A stretch of DNA of 47,940 nt from Hadesarchaea archaeon (lineage in GTDB: Archaea > Hadarchaeota > Hadarchaeia > Hadarchaeales > WYZ-LMO6), in contig JAPDJF010000006.1 in the NCBI GenBank assembly GCA_029259185.1, positions 1 to 47,940 on the forward strand, read 5' to 3'. The notes below the pieces were generated by a model. It did not search any database. It was not told where the DNA came from and saw only the letters and a list, made by a program, of their open reading frames with translations. Every line of letters begins with the position of its first letter. Position 1 is the stretch's first letter. Shown piece by piece: positions 37,864-47,496 of the stretch. The position numbers and the translations under genes are program-made.

Positions 37864-38415
37864 ATGCCAATCTATGAATTTGAGGGAAAAAAACCGAAGA
37901 TTCATCCTCGGGCATTCATCGCACCAACCGCGTGCGTGATAGGCGATGTAGCCATCGGAGAGGGTAGTAGCGTTTGGCCAGGTGCTGTTGTGCGCGGAGA
38001 TTTGAACCCAATAGTTGTGGGGAAGTACACGAGTATTCAGGATAATTCTGTGATTCATACCGATCCTGGAGGCATGGCGAGCATCGGGGATTATGTGACG
38101 GTAGGTCATGGAGCGATAGTCCATGGGGCAGAAGTTGGTGATCACGTGCTCGTTGGGATGAGATCTATACTTCTAAACAGGGCTAGAGTAGGAAGGTGCT
38201 CAGTCATTGCAGCGGGGTCGGTGCTTCTCGAAAGGACGGAGATCCCTCCCGCCACGATGGTCGCTGGAACTCCCGCTAAGGTGGTCAAGACTCTGAGTGA
38301 GAAGGAGCAGGAGATTAGGGCAGAGCTCGGAGCCCAAGCATATTTTGAGCTCGCCCGGAGGCATCTGAAGCTGTTTGGTGGAGAAGCTCTCGGCAACGAA
38401 CGGAGGGCACTCTAG
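37864..38415 (+). CDS. Gamma-carbonic anhydrase-like left-handed beta-helix protein (CaiE/PaaY/YrdA)
   Basis: AFIAPTACVIGDV, VRGD, IQDNSVIH, TVGHGAIVHG. Confidence 0.9.
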   Translation: MPIYEFEGKKPKIHPRAFIAPTACVIGDVAIGEGSSVWPGAVVRGDLNPIVVGKYTSIQDNSVIHTDPGGMASIGDYVTVGHGAIVHGAEVGDHVLVGMRSILLNRARVGRCSVIAAGSVLLERTEIPPATMVAGTPAKVVKTLSEKEQEIRAELGAQAYFELARRHLKLFGGEALGNERRAL

Positions 38416-39572
38416 TGCAACCTTTAGAGGGGATCAGGGTCATCGACCTTACGAGGCTCCTCCCATTCACAAGCTGGTTAGCGGATATGGGGGCTGAGGT
38501 GATAAAAGTTGAGGAGCCAGAGGTTGGCGATTACTCCAGATGGTTTCCTCCGACCATTAACGGCCAAGGGGCTTACTTCATGTTGGTTCATAGGAACAAG
38601 AAGAGTTTGACATTGAATTTGAAATCAGATAAGGGAAAGGAAGTTTTCCGCAAGTTGGTTCGGGTTAGTGATGTCGTAATTGAGAGTTTCAGACCGGGAG
38701 TGAGTGAGAGGCTAGGGGTAGACTACAAGTCCGTCAAAGAGGTGAATCCGAAAATCGTTTATTGTTCGGTTTCTGGTTACGGCCAGACTGGACCGTACCG
38801 CAACTTTCCCGGCCATGACATCAACTACATAGCCTTGGGCGGAGTACTCGCTCTCACGGGACGAAAAGGAGAACCTCCGGTAGTCCCGGGAACCCAGATA
38901 GCAGATCTAGGCAGTTGTTTGCTCGCCACCGTTGCCATCCTCTCAGCCCTTATCTTCAGGAGTAAAACTGGTGAAGGACAATACATAGATATCTCGATGA
39001 CTGACACCGCGATCTCTTGGATGACTATCCCCTCAGCATTTTACTTCGCAGGGTTTGAGGTGGAGAGAGGAGAACTTCCAGTACTTGGTGGTTTCCCGTG
39101 TTATGGGGTGTATGAAACAAAAGATGGTAAGTACATAAGCGTAGGGTGTCTGGAGGAGCATTTTTGGGTTAAACTCTGCAAGGTGTTGGGTAGGGAGGAG
39201 TATGGGGGATACCAGTGGGACATGGAGAAGAGGGATGAGATCTTCAACTCTTTCAGAGAGATTTTTAAAACGAAGACGAGAGATGAGTGGTTTAGTATCC
39301 TAGCGAAGGAGGACATATGTGTGGCGCCCGTTTATTCTCTCCAAGAAGTTTTTTCGGATTCTCACGTTCTAGAGAGGGAGATGGTCTTGGAGACAGAGCA
39401 TCCCCGCTTGGGCAAGATCAAACAGATAGGCTTCCCCGTGAAATTTTCGAAAACCCCATGTGAATTTCGAAGGTTCGCCCCACTGCTTGGAGAGCACACA
39501 GTGGAGATACTGAAACAGCTCGGCTACAGGACGGAAGAGATAGATGAAATGAAAAAATCAGGGGTCATCTAA
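38415..39572 (+). CDS. Family III CoA-transferase / alpha-methylacyl-CoA racemase-like protein (CaiB/BaiF)
   Basis: PLEGIRVIDLT, LADMGAEVIKVE, RNKKS, ESFRPG, GHDINY, QIAD. Confidence 0.9.
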   Translation: MQPLEGIRVIDLTRLLPFTSWLADMGAEVIKVEEPEVGDYSRWFPPTINGQGAYFMLVHRNKKSLTLNLKSDKGKEVFRKLVRVSDVVIESFRPGVSERLGVDYKSVKEVNPKIVYCSVSGYGQTGPYRNFPGHDINYIALGGVLALTGRKGEPPVVPGTQIADLGSCLLATVAILSALIFRSKTGEGQYIDISMTDTAISWMTIPSAFYFAGFEVERGELPVLGGFPCYGVYETKDGKYISVGCLEEHFWVKLCKVLGREEYGGYQWDMEKRDEIFNSFREIFKTKTRDEWFSILAKEDICVAPVYSLQEVFSDSHVLEREMVLETEHPRLGKIKQIGFPVKFSKTPCEFRRFAPLLGEHTVEILKQLGYRTEEIDEMKKSGVI

Positions 39573-39640
39573 TCGAACCATTCCAAGTTTTTTTTCTCCA
39601 TCACCCGAAGGATTTAATTCACTCTCGATTTAACTTAACG

Positions 39641-40840
39641 ATGGTGGACTTCGACTTCACGGAGGAGCAGGAGATATACAGAAGGACACTCCGTGAGTTC
39701 TTGGAAAAGCGTTTGATGCCGGAGTCAAAAAAGATCTTTGAGAAAAAGGATATCTCGGAAAATGTGTGGAGGGCGGTGGCGGACTTTGGTCTCACGGGTT
39801 TGCTCCTGCCTGAAGAATACGGGGGATCGAATTCAGATTTCGTCTCATTCGTTGTAGCCATTGAAGAACTCTCTAGGGCCGATTATAGTGGACTCGTCTC
39901 AACCGCAGTTTTACTGTCCAACACCGAGGGGGCTATCGTCGCGAGACACGGCAATGAGCTACTAAAAGAAGAACTCTTGCCGAAGATCACGAAGGGGGAA
40001 GCGATTTTGGGGCTTGGTTCCACCGAGCCGGGATGTGGTACGGATTTCACTGCTGTACAAACGAGAGTCGAGAGAAGAGGGGAGGAGTACGTGGTGAATG
40101 GTGAGAAACAGTGTATAAGTCTCACTCGTGAAACGAGAAAATTTGGTGGTGGGCACTTGGTGACCGGAAAAACCACACCCGAGTTGGGCCATCGGGGTAT
40201 GAGCCTTGTGTACGTGCCCATTGATTCAAAAGGGGTGGAGTCCTCTGAGTTCGATACGCTTGGTCCGCTGATAGGAAGGATAAGGTATGAAGATGTGAGG
40301 GTTCCAGTCCATTACTTGGTAGGAGAGGAGAACGGGGGGGTTTACCTTGTCCAAGAGAGTTTTGTTATAACGAGGATCCCAGTTGCTGCGAGTTTGCTCG
40401 GTCCGTTAGGGAGAATACTGCGGGATGGTATCGAATACGTGAAGCAGAGAAAAGCGTTCGGGTATCCGATAGGCAAGTTTCAAGGAATCCAGTTCCAGCT
40501 GGCAGAGCATTACTCAAGGTGGGAGGCTAACCGATGGCTGGTTTACCGGGCGGCATGGATGGTTGATGAGGCGATGAAAAAAGGAAGGTTCGACCCATTT
40601 CAGTTGGCACTGGCAGCATCAGAGGCCAAATTGCTCTCGTCCATGGATTCACTGAGAGCGGTTAACGATATAGCGATGTGGTACGGGGCCATGGGGATAA
40701 CCACGGAAGTAGATGTTCACTTTGCGTTGAGGGGACTGATAGGTGCAGCCATAGCAGAGGGAACGGTAGAGGCCCAGAAGATCGTCATAGGGAACGTTCT
40801 GTTGGGGAAAGAGTGCTCCTCAACGAGGTTCGGTGATTGA
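39641..40840 (+). CDS. Acyl-CoA dehydrogenase
   Basis: PEEYGG, STEPGCGTD, VNGEK, RKAFGYPIGKFQGIQFQLA, IAEGT.EAQ. Confidence 0.93.
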   Translation: MVDFDFTEEQEIYRRTLREFLEKRLMPESKKIFEKKDISENVWRAVADFGLTGLLLPEEYGGSNSDFVSFVVAIEELSRADYSGLVSTAVLLSNTEGAIVARHGNELLKEELLPKITKGEAILGLGSTEPGCGTDFTAVQTRVERRGEEYVVNGEKQCISLTRETRKFGGGHLVTGKTTPELGHRGMSLVYVPIDSKGVESSEFDTLGPLIGRIRYEDVRVPVHYLVGEENGGVYLVQESFVITRIPVAASLLGPLGRILRDGIEYVKQRKAFGYPIGKFQGIQFQLAEHYSRWEANRWLVYRAAWMVDEAMKKGRFDPFQLALAASEAKLLSSMDSLRAVNDIAMWYGAMGITTEVDVHFALRGLIGAAIAEGTVEAQKIVIGNVLLGKECSSTRFGD

Positions 40841-41450
40841 CACCGATCGAACTCCGGTGGTTCAAGTGGATCCAGTACACACGGTGAGAGCCTTTGTAGC
40901 GTTGTTCATAGTGATGGACTTGCCCGGCAATATCCCTATCTTTCTCTCCCTCACTAAGGGGATGACTTTGTTGGAGCAAAAGAGAGCTTTCAACCGGGCG
41001 GTGGTCAGTGCAGTGATAATCCTCTTGACATTTGCCCTATTTGGTGAGGCAATTTTGGAGTTATTCAACATCAGCATTGGAAGTTTCATGATAGCAGGAG
41101 GGGCTCTGTTGCTCGTCATATCTGTGGATCTGTTGCTGGGTACGAGTTTGGTCCAAAAAGCGGAGCGTGAGGATGTAGCGGTGGTTCCGATGGGTACCCC
41201 TCTCTTGGCTGGACCGGGGGCGATAACGATGGCGATCATGTTTATTCGAACCTACGGTAGAGTTGAAACTCTCTGCGCTATCGCTCTTTGCTTCCTAGTA
41301 TCTAGGGTGGTTCTGAGATATGCGGCGGAGATAGGGAGGGTCCTAGGAAAGGCGGGTTCGAATATCCTGTCTCGCCTTTTGGCCCTCCTCGTGGCCGCTA
41401 TAGCGGTTCAATTTATAATAAACGGAGTGACAGAGGTCTTCGGGCTGTAA
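40833..41450 (+). CDS. marC: MarC family integral membrane protein
   Basis: DLPGNIPIF, SFMIAGG, VAVVPMGTPLLAGPGAI. Confidence 0.9.
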   Translation: MIDTDRTPVVQVDPVHTVRAFVALFIVMDLPGNIPIFLSLTKGMTLLEQKRAFNRAVVSAVIILLTFALFGEAILELFNISIGSFMIAGGALLLVISVDLLLGTSLVQKAEREDVAVVPMGTPLLAGPGAITMAIMFIRTYGRVETLCAIALCFLVSRVVLRYAAEIGRVLGKAGSNILSRLLALLVAAIAVQFIINGVTEVFGL

Positions 41451-41990
41451 CTTTCACTCGACGGTCACCGGTTCTGTTGCGCGATCTGGAGCCGCGCAAC
41501 TGGTGGGGTCACAATCATTTCCCACCACCCGGCCGAACCTCAGCCCCCCATCTTCGGGTTCGGCGACGTTCACCCAAGCCATGCGGTTCCTGTCCCCTTC
41601 AATCCCGCAACTCGGGCACATCAGGTGGCGCAAATCTGGGCCGACCTTCAGCCTTTCCCCACATCTCGGACACACGCTTGACGTGCTCCTCGGCGGAACA
41701 TTGGAGAGAGGAGCGGAGTTCCAGTTCGACTTGTATTGGACTGTCTGCCGGATCCTTCGACCATCCGGCTCCAGTCCGTGCCTTTCTCTTATCCCTCCAG
41801 CCGTTGATGCTCCCCAGCGAGGTGATCCCGCGCCGACCGCTGTGCCAAAGAAGTCCTGAACCGCCCTGGGTACCGCTCGATGAGCTCTCCCTCGGCGTTG
41901 GGCTCGTAACCGATGCGGATGCCCTTCAGCGCGACCGCCCTCCAATCAGCATAGGTATGATGCCAACCAAAACGAAGACCGATCACGCAA
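41451..41990 (-). mobile_element. tnpB: Degenerate IS200/IS605/IS607 TnpB remnant
   Basis: Minus-strand YKS...V.PRSTSSVCPRCG...LMCPSCG...DRNRMAWVNV (Zn ribbon plus degenerate RuvC-III); upstream part frameshifted; left boundary approximate. Confidence 0.75.
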
Positions 41991-42049
41991 CAGGATCTGG
42001 TCTTGGTCCCCAAAGACTTTTTAATTCGTTCTCAAAAATTATAGATTAC

Positions 42050-43468
42050 TTGGTCGGGATAGCTTCATACGGTCTCCACATACCTAGGTATAGGATAGAC
42101 AGAGTGACCCTTTATGAGGCATTCGCCTCCTGGATAAACCCCCCTGCCTTCTTACCCGGTGAGAGACCCGTAGCCAACTATGATGAGGACAGCGTGACGA
42201 TGGGTGTGGAAGCCGCTAGAGATTGTATACGTGATGTTGAGGATGAGATAGGTGCAGTGTATTTCGCCACCACGACTCCCCCCTATGCTGAAAGACTGAA
42301 TGCCGGGATAATTGCCACAGCGTTGGATTTGGGAGAGAATATCAAGACAGCAGACTTCACGGATTCTACCAAGGCTGGAATGACTGCCCTCATATCCGCG
42401 TATGAGACCGTCAAAGCCGGAGGGGCCAAAAATGTTTTGGTGGTAGCTTCCGATTGCAGACTCGGAAAAGCGGGGAGTCTACAAGAAACCCTCTACGGGG
42501 ATGCGGCAGCGGCGGTACTAGTTGGGGAGGATCGGATCGCCAGTTTTGAGGAATTCTACACGCTGTCTGAGGATTTCGTGGATAATTGGCGCACCGCTAG
42601 AGACGTTTTCACCAGATCTTGGGAAGACAGGTGGATAAGGGAGGAAGGCTATACCCGTTTCATTTACTCTTCGATAATGGGTTTGATGAAGAAACAAAAA
42701 TTGACTTCCAACGATGTAGCTAAAGTGGTTTTTCCAGCTCTCTTCGTTAGAGATCACCCAAAGATAGGAAAAGCACTGGGATTCGATGGAGGGCGGGTGC
42801 AACCTCACCTCCTAGAGAGTTTAGGAAACACCGGTACAGCCTACCCACTCATCTTATTGATAGCGGCACTCGAAGACTCAAGCGTGGGGGACCGGATCGT
42901 GGCCTCAAGCTATGGGAACGGGAGTGACACGGTTTCGTTACGGGTTGTAGGGAAGATAGAGGATCGGAAGCTTGAGAAGGCGTTGAAACGGAAGAAAGAG
43001 CTAAGGAGCTACGAGAAGTATCTCGCGTGGAAGGGAATGACTTCGGTAGAAAAAGGGATAAGGGGGGAAGAGGAGGCTCCAACGGCGATCTCTTTGACTT
43101 GGAGGGAAAGAAGGGAAATACTCGGGCTAGTGGGTTCGAGGTGCCGGAGGTGTGGGCTTCCCCAGTATCCTAGGCAGAGGATTTGTGTCAATTGTGGTGG
43201 TGTGGATATGGAGCCGTATCGATTCGCTGATAAGAAGGGAAAGTTGTTCAGTTATACCGAAGACATGCTCGCGTTCTCCATCAATCGACCAGCTATCTAC
43301 GGGATAGTTGAATTCGAGGGGGGAGGGAGATTCTGGTTCGATATAACCGACTGTGAGGCTGGAGAGTTGAAGGTAGGGGCTAGTGTGAGAATGAGCTTCA
43401 GGAGGAAGTATTCAGATGAAAAAAGAGGGGTTTATGGATATTTTTGGAAAGCAGTTCCCGATGAGTGA
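42050..43468 (+). CDS. HMG-CoA synthase/KAS-III-like domain fused to C-terminal DUF35 Zn-ribbon/OB fold
   Basis: VGIASYGLHIPRYRI, DEDSVTMGVEAA, GDAAAA, GNTG, SYGNG; C-terminal CRRCG..QYP...C..C and YFWKA; start TTG 42050 downstream of a TTTTTAAT box. Confidence 0.85.
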   Translation: MVGIASYGLHIPRYRIDRVTLYEAFASWINPPAFLPGERPVANYDEDSVTMGVEAARDCIRDVEDEIGAVYFATTTPPYAERLNAGIIATALDLGENIKTADFTDSTKAGMTALISAYETVKAGGAKNVLVVASDCRLGKAGSLQETLYGDAAAAVLVGEDRIASFEEFYTLSEDFVDNWRTARDVFTRSWEDRWIREEGYTRFIYSSIMGLMKKQKLTSNDVAKVVFPALFVRDHPKIGKALGFDGGRVQPHLLESLGNTGTAYPLILLIAALEDSSVGDRIVASSYGNGSDTVSLRVVGKIEDRKLEKALKRKKELRSYEKYLAWKGMTSVEKGIRGEEEAPTAISLTWRERREILGLVGSRCRRCGLPQYPRQRICVNCGGVDMEPYRFADKKGKLFSYTEDMLAFSINRPAIYGIVEFEGGGRFWFDITDCEAGELKVGASVRMSFRRKYSDEKRGVYGYFWKAVPDE

Positions 43469-43473
43469 ATGAG

Positions 43474-44670
43474 ATGGGAATCAAGGATAAGGTTGCCATC
43501 ATAGGGATGGGTTGCACGAAGTTCGGGGAGAGGTGGGATGCCAGCTATGAAGATTTGATAGTGGAGGCGTTCACCGAGGCAATTGATGACGCAGGGATAG
43601 AAAAAAAAGACATAGAAATGGCTTGGCTCGGTACGTGCTTCGACGAGGTTTTCAGCGGTAAGAGTGCGCTCCCACTTTCTACCGTGCTGAAACTCCCCTT
43701 CATCCCGGCGACGAGGGTGGAGAACTTTTGTGCTACGGGATCGGAGGCTTTGAGAGGGGCATGCTATGCGGTTGCGGCTGGGGCGTGTGATATAGCACTA
43801 GCGTTGGGGGTAGAGAAGCTGAAAGACGTCGGGTATGGAGGACTTCCGGAGTTCGGAGCTGGTATGGGATCTAAAAATAGGGTGATCTTCCCGAACATAA
43901 CTGCCCCAGGGGCATTCGCCATGATGGCCGTGAAATACTTCGACAAGTATGGGATAGATCCCGAGAAGGGGAAGGAAATATTGGCTAAAATTTCGGTGAA
44001 GAGCCACCATAACGGCGCGATAAATCCAAAAGCCCACTTGAGAAGAGAAATCACGGTGGAGGATGCACTGAAGTCTCCGATCATAGCCTGGCCCTTGGGA
44101 CTGTACGATTGCTGCGGTGTTAGCGACGGTGCAGCGGCGGCAGTGATTGTCAGGGCCGACATTGCGAGGGAATTCAGGGAGGATCCAGTTTACATCAAAT
44201 CCATGCAAATAGCCACGACCCCAGGAGAGGAACTGCTGTACAGGTGGGACGGTGCTCATGTAGAGACAACTGTGAAGGCGGTACAGAGGGCTTACAAAGA
44301 GGCGGGGATAGAAAATCCCAGAAAGGAGCTAGGGATCCTAGAAGTTCACGATTGCTTCTCCATAACGGAGCTAGTAACCTACGAGGATCTGGGAGTATCC
44401 CCAAGAGGGCGCGCGCGAGAGGATGTCGAGGCCGGGTTCTTCAACTTGGATGGTGAGTTACCCTGCCAGCCCGATGGAGGGTTGAAGTGTTTTGGACATC
44501 CCATAGGGGCATCGGGTCTTAGAATGGCGTACGAGGTATATAAGCAACTTCAAGGAAAGGCTGGAAACAGACAGATACGTGATCCTAGGCTCGGGTTGAC
44601 CCATAACCTAGGTGGTTTCCCAGCTATGAGTGTGGTTAGCATATGTATATTCGGGATGGAGAGGGGGTAA
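43474..44670 (+). CDS. SCP2-type thiolase (acetyl-CoA acetyltransferase), second copy
   Basis: VENFCATG, DCCGVSDGAAA, EVHDCF, GGLKCFGHPIGASG, HNLGG. Confidence 0.92.
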   Translation: MGIKDKVAIIGMGCTKFGERWDASYEDLIVEAFTEAIDDAGIEKKDIEMAWLGTCFDEVFSGKSALPLSTVLKLPFIPATRVENFCATGSEALRGACYAVAAGACDIALALGVEKLKDVGYGGLPEFGAGMGSKNRVIFPNITAPGAFAMMAVKYFDKYGIDPEKGKEILAKISVKSHHNGAINPKAHLRREITVEDALKSPIIAWPLGLYDCCGVSDGAAAAVIVRADIAREFREDPVYIKSMQIATTPGEELLYRWDGAHVETTVKAVQRAYKEAGIENPRKELGILEVHDCFSITELVTYEDLGVSPRGRAREDVEAGFFNLDGELPCQPDGGLKCFGHPIGASGLRMAYEVYKQLQGKAGNRQIRDPRLGLTHNLGGFPAMSVVSICIFGMERG

Positions 44671-44867
44671 CATCTTGGACGGTCTTCTTGCGTTGAATCT
44701 AGTTTTATTCAGGTAAAATGGGCATGGGCACGACAAGATTTTTTAGGTTGGGGGCAGACTTTTAAAGAGCCAGGGTGGTCTGGTTCTGGTAGTGAGGATC
44801 GCCTTTGAAAGAGAAATCGTTAAAAGAATTGGTCAAAAGCCATGCGAACAAGAAGGAGGGTGAGAAC

Positions 44868-46019
44868 ATGAGGGAAGATTTTGGTACAGTTAAGTACTTG
44901 ATCCACGCGAGAATAGAGGCCAACGGAGTGGTCGAGCGTCCAGATGTAGTAGGAGCCATCTTTGGACAGGTTGAAGGTTTACTCGGGGATGATCTAGATC
45001 TGAGAGAGCTCTTGAAGTCCGGAAGGATAGGAAGGATCAAGGTTGACATAAACTCCGTACAGGGGAAGTCCGTAGGCACGATAACAATTCCCTCGAGTCT
45101 GGACAAGGTCGAAACTGCGATCATAGCGGCTGCACTAGAGACCGTAGACAGAGTAGGCCCTTGCGAGGCGAAGATAAAAACAGAGCGCATAGAGGACGTA
45201 CGGGATGCGAAACGTAAGTACATCATCGATCGGGCTAGGGAGATAATGTCCCAACTGGAACGCGAGGCTCCGGAGACCCAGGAGATATCAGAACGGGTGA
45301 GGGAGAATTTACGCGTAGAGGAGTTAGTGGACTACCAGGGGCTCCCTGCTGGTCCAGGAGTTGTGGACTCGGATGCTGTGATACTTGTGGAAGGACGTGC
45401 GGATGTTCTGAATCTTCTTCGAGCTGGTATTCGGAACGCAATCGCCGTGGAAGGAACCAACGTGCCAAAAGCGATCATCGATCTCTGTAAAGAGAAAACG
45501 GTAACGGCTTTCGTGGATAGCGATCGAGGTGGGGATCTGATTTTAAAAGAACTACTGCAGGTCGCAGACATAGACTTCGTCGCTAGGCCTCCGAACGGAA
45601 GAACTGTGGAAGAGCTTACACGCAAAGAAGTTCTGAAAGCGTTACGGAACAAAGTTCCCGTCGACGAACTACAAGAGTTCAAGAGACTCCGCGGTAAGAT
45701 CGGTCAAGATGAAAAGAAGACGGAGATGGCAAAACTAGCCGAATTGATGGATTCGTTAATGGGGACGTTGAAAGCGTATTTCCTCGACGGTTCGATGGAA
45801 AAAATAGGAGAAGTGCCAGTGAGGGATTTAAAGGAGAAACTCGTGCAGACTCGCGGAGTGCAAACCGTGGTTCTGGATGGGATAATCACCCAAGAGCTTG
45901 CAGAACAAGCCTCCAAACAACGGGTACGAAACCTCATTGGGGTTCATTCTCGCGTGGAGAAAGTTCCCCCCGGATTGCGTGTACTTACCCTAGACGATAT
46001 CCGTAAGGCCCATCCTTGA
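44868..46019 (+). CDS. dnaG: Archaeal DnaG primase-like protein (exosome-associated)
   Basis: KYLIHA...GVVERPDVVGAIFGQ.EGLLG, VEGRADV, DSDRGG TOPRIM motifs; ATG 44868 after GGAGGGTGA RBS. Confidence 0.95.
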   Translation: MREDFGTVKYLIHARIEANGVVERPDVVGAIFGQVEGLLGDDLDLRELLKSGRIGRIKVDINSVQGKSVGTITIPSSLDKVETAIIAAALETVDRVGPCEAKIKTERIEDVRDAKRKYIIDRAREIMSQLEREAPETQEISERVRENLRVEELVDYQGLPAGPGVVDSDAVILVEGRADVLNLLRAGIRNAIAVEGTNVPKAIIDLCKEKTVTAFVDSDRGGDLILKELLQVADIDFVARPPNGRTVEELTRKEVLKALRNKVPVDELQEFKRLRGKIGQDEKKTEMAKLAELMDSLMGTLKAYFLDGSMEKIGEVPVRDLKEKLVQTRGVQTVVLDGIITQELAEQASKQRVRNLIGVHSRVEKVPPGLRVLTLDDIRKAHP

Positions 46020-46481
46020 TCAGGTGTTTGGGTAAGTATACCACATGAGTACGGCGGTTTCGCCGTCCTCGTAGTAGTGGGGAAGCTCTCTTTCTTCTTT
46101 AAACCCTAGGGTGAGGTAGAACATCCTAGCACCGATGTTGCTCTTCCTGGCTTCAAGTCTCACCGTTCGTGCTCCATCCGCTTTGAGATCTTCAAGAGCC
46201 TTTCTTACCAAAGCCGATCCTATCCCTCGTCGTTGATACGGGGGATCGACCGCTAAGGAGAGAATATGACCTATCCCCCCCCATCGCATGGTAAAAATGA
46301 GATAGCCCACTAGCCTTCCTTCCAATTCGGCACCTATAAATCCGCGGGGGTAGCTGCTGTAGAGTTGTTCTAACAGACTGAGGGGGTAGGGATCGGGAAA
46401 ACATCTGTACTCTATCTCCAACACCGCTTGAAGATCAGCTGGGGTGAGTTCCTTTATTTTGAATGTTTTTTGTGCGACCAT
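46020..46481 (-). CDS. rimI: RimI/Ard1-like N-acetyltransferase
   Basis: IEYRCFPDPY, GHILSLAVDP.YQRRGIG, LEARKSN, YYEDGE. Confidence 0.88.
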   Translation of the reverse strand: MVAQKTFKIKELTPADLQAVLEIEYRCFPDPYPLSLLEQLYSSYPRGFIGAELEGRLVGYLIFTMRWGGIGHILSLAVDPPYQRRGIGSALVRKALEDLKADGARTVRLEARKSNIGARMFYLTLGFKEERELPHYYEDGETAVLMWYTYPNT

Positions 46482-46568
46482 TTCAATTTCCTTTCGGATT
46501 TTTTTGACTTATAAAAGAAGGGGACTCATAGCAAATCGTTTTTTGGATGAACTTGAGAGTTTTAGTAG

Positions 46569-46656
46569 GCCCCGGTAGCTCAGTCTCGGTGAGAGCGCGC
46601 GCTTGGTATCCCTGCCGAAGAGCGCGAGGTCGCGGGTTCAATCCCCGCCCGGGGCT
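46569..46656 (+). tRNA. tRNA-Thr(GGT) with a 12-nt intron at 37/38 (46609-46620)
   Basis: Acceptor GCCCCGG/CCGGGGC, D-stem GCTC/GAGC, anticodon stem CGCGC/GCGCG with GGT at 46605-46607, T arm GCGGG-TTCAATC-CCCGC; bulge-helix-bulge with TTGG/CCGA; CCA not encoded. Confidence 0.93.
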
Positions 46657-46696
46657 TACTAAAAGATTTGAAAAAATAAAAGGGAGGGGTTATTGC

Positions 46697-47065
46697 TTAC
46701 TTGCTCTTCGCGATTTCGTAGATCGCTTTCAGCGCTATCACGAGCACACCAGCACCGATGAGCACAACGATGTTCGTAGCCAGTCGTGTTAGCTCCGTAG
46801 GAATCGTCACCGTAGCCTCAGCACTGATCATCTGTTGCATTGCCATCGCCGTTAAGATGAAGGCGATCGAGCTGATCATGAATTTATTGACTTCTGGGGC
46901 TGTCACGTTGAAAAGACCGACGATTACTCCTAGAACCGCCAACACGATGTAGAACTCTCCCGAAGGGGTGTAAGCCGCTGCAGCCACAACTGAGATCAGC
47001 AGACCGATGTAGAAGACCAGAGGGCCTACTAGACTCTCGATTCTTATTACAGACTTCTTTTTCAT
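46697..47065 (-). CDS. Small 4-TM hypothetical membrane protein
   Basis: Four hydrophobic segments, LGVIVGLFNVT..EV.KF, IALKAIY; start ATG 47065 or 47083. Confidence 0.7.
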   Translation of the reverse strand: MKKKSVIRIESLVGPLVFYIGLLISVVAAAAYTPSGEFYIVLAVLGVIVGLFNVTAPEVNKFMISSIAFILTAMAMQQMISAEATVTIPTELTRLATNIVVLIGAGVLVIALKAIYEIAKSK

Positions 47066-47128
47066 GTTTGGCCCATTTCTCATTTAAACACGGGTTTTAA
47101 AACATTTCCTATGTAAATTAAATTCAAT

Positions 47129-47171
47129 GCCGAGCGCAGTCCCTTTCCGAAAGGGAGGGGTTAGCGAGGCG
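47129..47171 (+). repeat. IS200/IS605-like left-end hairpin
   Basis: GCC-GAG-CGC-AGT-CCCTTTCC-GAAA-GGGAGGGG-TTA-GCG-A-GGC; shares AGGGAGGGGT with the hairpin at 24409-24442. Confidence 0.5.
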
Positions 47172-47200
47172 GTATATTTACGGAGAAACAACAAACCAAT

Positions 47201-47496
47201 GGCCGGTTAGGTTCCGAAGGAGATCAACATGCCCCTCTCGCACGGGGCGTGGGCTTCGGAGAACGCCACCCAGCAGGCGTCAAACGCGCTTGGCGGTCAA
47301 CTCTCCGAAATAGAAGTGCATCGGGCGAAAGCCGCAAAGCTGGTCGGAACCTGACTGAGGCGGCTCGGTATATCCGAACCGCCGGGGGCGCTACCGTGAG
47401 CACCCACGGTGGAGTGACCGCGCCCGAAAGTCCTGCCGGCAATGGCGTGCAAAGGACAACCGGAAGCCCCCTGCAAAAGCGAGGGGAGGAGGTGAG
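47201..47496 (+). ncRNA. Putative highly structured non-coding RNA ending in an IS605/TnpB right-end-like hairpin
   Basis: Nested helices: 47205-47217/47344-47356, 47228-47235/47244-47251, 47255-47262/47302-47309, GGC-GAAA-GCC, 47359-47383 hairpin, 47386-47391/47420-47425, 47430-47434/47453-47457; TATA-like TATATTTA at 47173-47180; ends GGAAGCCCCC...GGGGAGGAGGTGAG. Confidence 0.6.

Noticed and set aside
41477-42049. N-terminal ~190 aa of the 663-aa ORF as a real domain
   Set aside because: It is the antisense of the tnpB remnant; HMGCS-like homology begins at 42050.
47201-47496. RNase P RNA, SRP RNA, group I intron (IStron) or hammerhead identity for the structured RNA
   Set aside because: GAAAGTCC is present but without the GAG prefix or the 3' ACAGAA..GCTTA partner. 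There is no SRP helix-8 motif. The P7-like GACTG/AAGTC pairing is incomplete. The CTGA..GA/GAAA words lack correct spacing and an NUH site. Not formally excluded without covariance-model searches.
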